A stretch of 58,438 nucleotides of DNA from Bacteroidales bacterium (GTDB taxonomy: Bacteria > Bacteroidota > Bacteroidia > Bacteroidales > UBA12481): assembly GCA_023145515.1 (NCBI GenBank), contig JAGLDP010000001.1, forward strand, positions 1 to 58,438, read 5' to 3'. The notes under the pieces were generated by a model. It was given only the letters and a program-made list of their open reading frames with translations, was not told the origin of the DNA and did not search any database. Shown piece after piece: positions 56,146 through 58,438 of this stretch. The translations under genes were made by a program, and so were the position numbers. Within the stretch, counting starts at the first letter, position 1; every line of letters begins with the position of its first letter.

Positions 56146-56619
56146 ATGAGTTTAATTGGGATCTTTTTACTTATACTCGCCGGAATTATACTATTCCTTC
56201 TTGAATTCCTTGTTGTGCCGGGTGTTACTATAGCTGGTATCGGGGGATTGCTTTTTATGGGAGGGGCTGTTTACATGGCTTTTGAAAACTATGATACCAC
56301 TACAGGCCTGCTGGTTCTTGGAGCAGTTTTGCTTATTATTATTGTTAGTTTGATTTTCGCTCTTCGGGCCAAAACCTGGAAGAAGATTTCCTTAAGTACT
56401 GAAGTGAATTCAAAAGTTGCTGAGCTTGAGAATCTGGATATATCGGTTGGAGACCAGGGAGTGGCTTTAACACGTCTTAATCCAATCGGGTCAGTATTGA
56501 TTAATGAACAAAAACTCGAAGGCCATTCGCAAGGTCCTCTGATCAGGGAACAGACCCCTATAGAGGTGATTAAAGTGGCTCATACTTACGTAATTGTTAA
56601 ACCTTTAGAAAAAAAATAA
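56146..56619 (+). CDS. NfeD family membrane protein
   Basis: Three N-terminal TM helices plus a C-terminal OB-like soluble domain. Immediately upstream of an SPFH/flotillin-like gene, which is the classical pairing. Confidence 0.75.
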   Translation: MSLIGIFLLILAGIILFLLEFLVVPGVTIAGIGGLLFMGGAVYMAFENYDTTTGLLVLGAVLLIIIVSLIFALRAKTWKKISLSTEVNSKVAELENLDISVGDQGVALTRLNPIGSVLINEQKLEGHSQGPLIREQTPIEVIKVAHTYVIVKPLEKK

Positions 56620-56620
56620 T

Positions 56621-57628
56621 ATGGATGCAAATTTAACCTATTTTGTTGCGATTATCGCCATTTCCATAGTTGGTCTGGCGTTAATCCTTTATGTGATACC
56701 AATCGGCTTATGGTTTCAGTCGCTAATCTCAGGTGTGAGAGTTTCTCTAATTCAACTAATTTTTATGCGTTGGAGAAAAGTACCACCAAGAGCAATTGTT
56801 AATGCATTAATTACGAGTACCAAGGCTGGGTTAAACTTAAAGCGTGATTATTTGGAAGCCCATTATCTTGCTGGCGGACATGTACAGCAGGTTGTGAATG
56901 CTCTGGTTTCTGCTGATAAGGCAAATCTGGATCTGAATTTTAAAATGGCTACTGCTATTGATTTGGCAGGACGAGATGTATTAGAAGCTGTTCAGATGTC
57001 GGTTAATCCGAAGGTAATTAACACTCCTCCGGTTAAAGCTGTTGCAAGAGACGGTATTGAGCTTATTGCAAAAGCAAGGGTAACCGTTAGGGCCAGTATT
57101 AAGCAATTGGTTGGGGGTGCTGGTGAAGAGACTGTTCTGGCTCGTGTAGGCGAAGGAATTGTTTCTTCAATCGGTTCAGCATTATCACACAAGGAAGTTC
57201 TGGAGAATCCTGATTTTATTTCCAAAGTTGTTTTGGAAAAAGGTTTGGATGCCGGAACAGCATTTGAAATTCTCTCCATTGATGTGGCCGATATTGATAT
57301 AGGGAAGAACATTGGAGCCGTGTTGCAAATGGATCAGGCCAATGCAGATAAAAATATTGCCCAGGCCAAAGCGGAAGAACGCAGGGCCATGGCCGTAGCT
57401 ACTGAACAGGAGATGAAAGCCAAGGCTCAGGAGGCAAGAGCCAAGGTAATTGAAGCGGAAGTTGAGATTCCTCTGGCAATGGCCGAGGCATTCAGGAGCG
57501 GACACATGGGTATCATGGATTACTATAAGTTTAGGAATATAGAAGCGGATACCACCATGAGGGATTCCATCTCCAAGGGTACACAGCATTCCAGCAGGAA
57601 GTCTGACAACACGGATACGGAGAAATAA
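56621..57628 (+). CDS. floA: flotillin-like protein FloA (UPF0365 / SPFH superfamily)
   Basis: N-terminal TM helix. '[28 protein letters not shown]', '[18 protein letters not shown]', '[16 protein letters not shown]' are characteristic of FloA/YqfA. Confidence 0.85.
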   Translation: MDANLTYFVAIIAISIVGLALILYVIPIGLWFQSLISGVRVSLIQLIFMRWRKVPPRAIVNALITSTKAGLNLKRDYLEAHYLAGGHVQQVVNALVSADKANLDLNFKMATAIDLAGRDVLEAVQMSVNPKVINTPPVKAVARDGIELIAKARVTVRASIKQLVGGAGEETVLARVGEGIVSSIGSALSHKEVLENPDFISKVVLEKGLDAGTAFEILSIDVADIDIGKNIGAVLQMDQANADKNIAQAKAEERRAMAVATEQEMKAKAQEARAKVIEAEVEIPLAMAEAFRSGHMGIMDYYKFRNIEADTTMRDSISKGTQHSSRKSDNTDTEK

Positions 57629-57631
57629 GGA

Positions 57632-58297
57632 TTATTTCTTTTTCCGGTAATTACCGCCGGTGGGAAATCCCCCCTTTACTCCCCGGGAAGCGGCTTCAGG
57701 TTCTTCCTCCATGGATGGGGTGATCCAGGTCCTTAAATCTTCAACCAGCTGGTTGTCTGGTGGGTATTGATCTGTAATAAGAAATCCTCCGGACAGGTAT
57801 GCGAAGGGCATCTGATCCTTGAAGACATAAAAATGCTCTTCGGAATGAGCAATCAATGATGAGCCTTCCAGCCTTGTTATTTGCAATTCAATTTTGTTCT
57901 CTCTCTGATGGGATATAAGGGTATAGCTTACCATAAAACCTTCATTCTGACCTATCCATTCGGTCAGGTCATTTGGCAGGAACTCGAATTTGATAACCAG
58001 GGGCGTACCCGGTAAGCCATCCTTTAAATAGTAAGAGGAAATATCTTCAATATTGAAGGCAAACCAACCTTCCTGATTAGTTGAAACATCACTAAGAGAT
58101 TCGAATGATGCCTCCTGATTCGACTTGAGCTTTAACTGCACCTTCAGATCGAAATGCTCGTTGCTGATTTTTTTGCCTTCTATATCGCTTAGCATCCCCT
58201 GAAAATTCAAATGATATGCGGATTGTGCCGATAATGTAGTGAATGCCCAAAAAAACACTACGATCAAAAAATAGAACTTGTTTTTAGTCAGATTCAT
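57632..58297 (-). CDS. secreted hypothetical protein
   Basis: 221-aa ORF with signal peptide 'FYFLIVVFFWAFTTLSAQS' and a basic C-terminal tail. No family recognised. Confidence 0.5.
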   Translation of the reverse strand: MNLTKNKFYFLIVVFFWAFTTLSAQSAYHLNFQGMLSDIEGKKISNEHFDLKVQLKLKSNQEASFESLSDVSTNQEGWFAFNIEDISSYYLKDGLPGTPLVIKFEFLPNDLTEWIGQNEGFMVSYTLISHQRENKIELQITRLEGSSLIAHSEEHFYVFKDQMPFAYLSGGFLITDQYPPDNQLVEDLRTWITPSMEEEPEAASRGVKGGFPTGGNYRKKK

Positions 58298-58438
58298 AAC
58301 ATAGGATATTTAGTAATACTAAATGTACAAAATTCAATAGAATGTGCAGTATCTACGGACTGCCGAAGCAGGGGAAGATGTGAATAATCAATGGTAAGCA
58401 ATTGTTAATATCCCTGGGAGAAATACAAGCAAACCTTG

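Noticed and set aside
58308-58324. The palindrome ATTTAGTA-A-TACTAAAT, 11 nt upstream of the 58297 start codon.
   Set aside because: It is AT-rich with 8-bp arms in AT-rich DNA, at the window edge, with no second copy. That is too weak to call an operator.
1-58438. tRNA, rRNA, riboswitch or mobile-element content. I inspected the intergenic gaps over 100 nt (2498-2760, 5124-5250, 9652-9759, 10126-10266, 28164-28384, 33888-34028, 55545-55848, 58298-58438).
   Set aside because: I saw no cloverleaf-compatible sequence, rRNA-like stretch, integrase or transposase ORF, or long terminal inverted repeats by eye. A covariance-model scan (tRNAscan-SE or Rfam) would be needed for certainty.

Overview
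This is a 58.4 kb, AT-rich, very gene-dense chromosomal segment with about 51 protein-coding genes. I found no rRNA, tRNA, CRISPR array or transposase/integrase. The gene content (LruC, GWxTD, M64 peptidase, ~800-aa FtsX permeases, short PabB, FloA/NfeD) and repeated TAnnTTTG '-7' promoter boxes 16-19 nt upstream of start codons point to a Bacteroidota genome.

Most of the window is housekeeping: rpmH, rsmG, tgt, rlmB, rlmD, recA, clpS, the pabA/pabB/pabC-like genes, an LptF/G permease, an ABC-F protein, and a GH20/TRAP/oxidoreductase cluster.

The stand-out is an ~18 kb, tightly spaced, same-strand locus at 10267-28163. It interleaves two ABC modules with a TolC/adaptor/two-RND efflux core. 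Its second RND gene is one continuous 1570-codon ORF in which a complete 12-TM AcrB-type permease is fused to an ABC ATPase domain. That ATPase domain appears to be split after its first beta-strand by about 173 aa of hydrophobic sequence that reads as four TM helices. I know of no characterised RND-ABC fusion, and I flag this as the candidate novel system.

Secondary observations:
- Dispersed families of 7-8 bp tandem repeat arrays fill several intergenic gaps.
- A symmetric pair of candidate ECF-type promoters sits between an ECF sigma gene and the efflux locus.
- A perfect 16-bp palindrome supplies TAnnTTTG boxes on both strands between pabB and pabA.
- A TRAP transporter cluster lacks its large permease.
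- A 54-codon stop-free extension follows the M64 peptidase stop codon in frame.

All functional calls come from reading motifs by eye. No database search was run.
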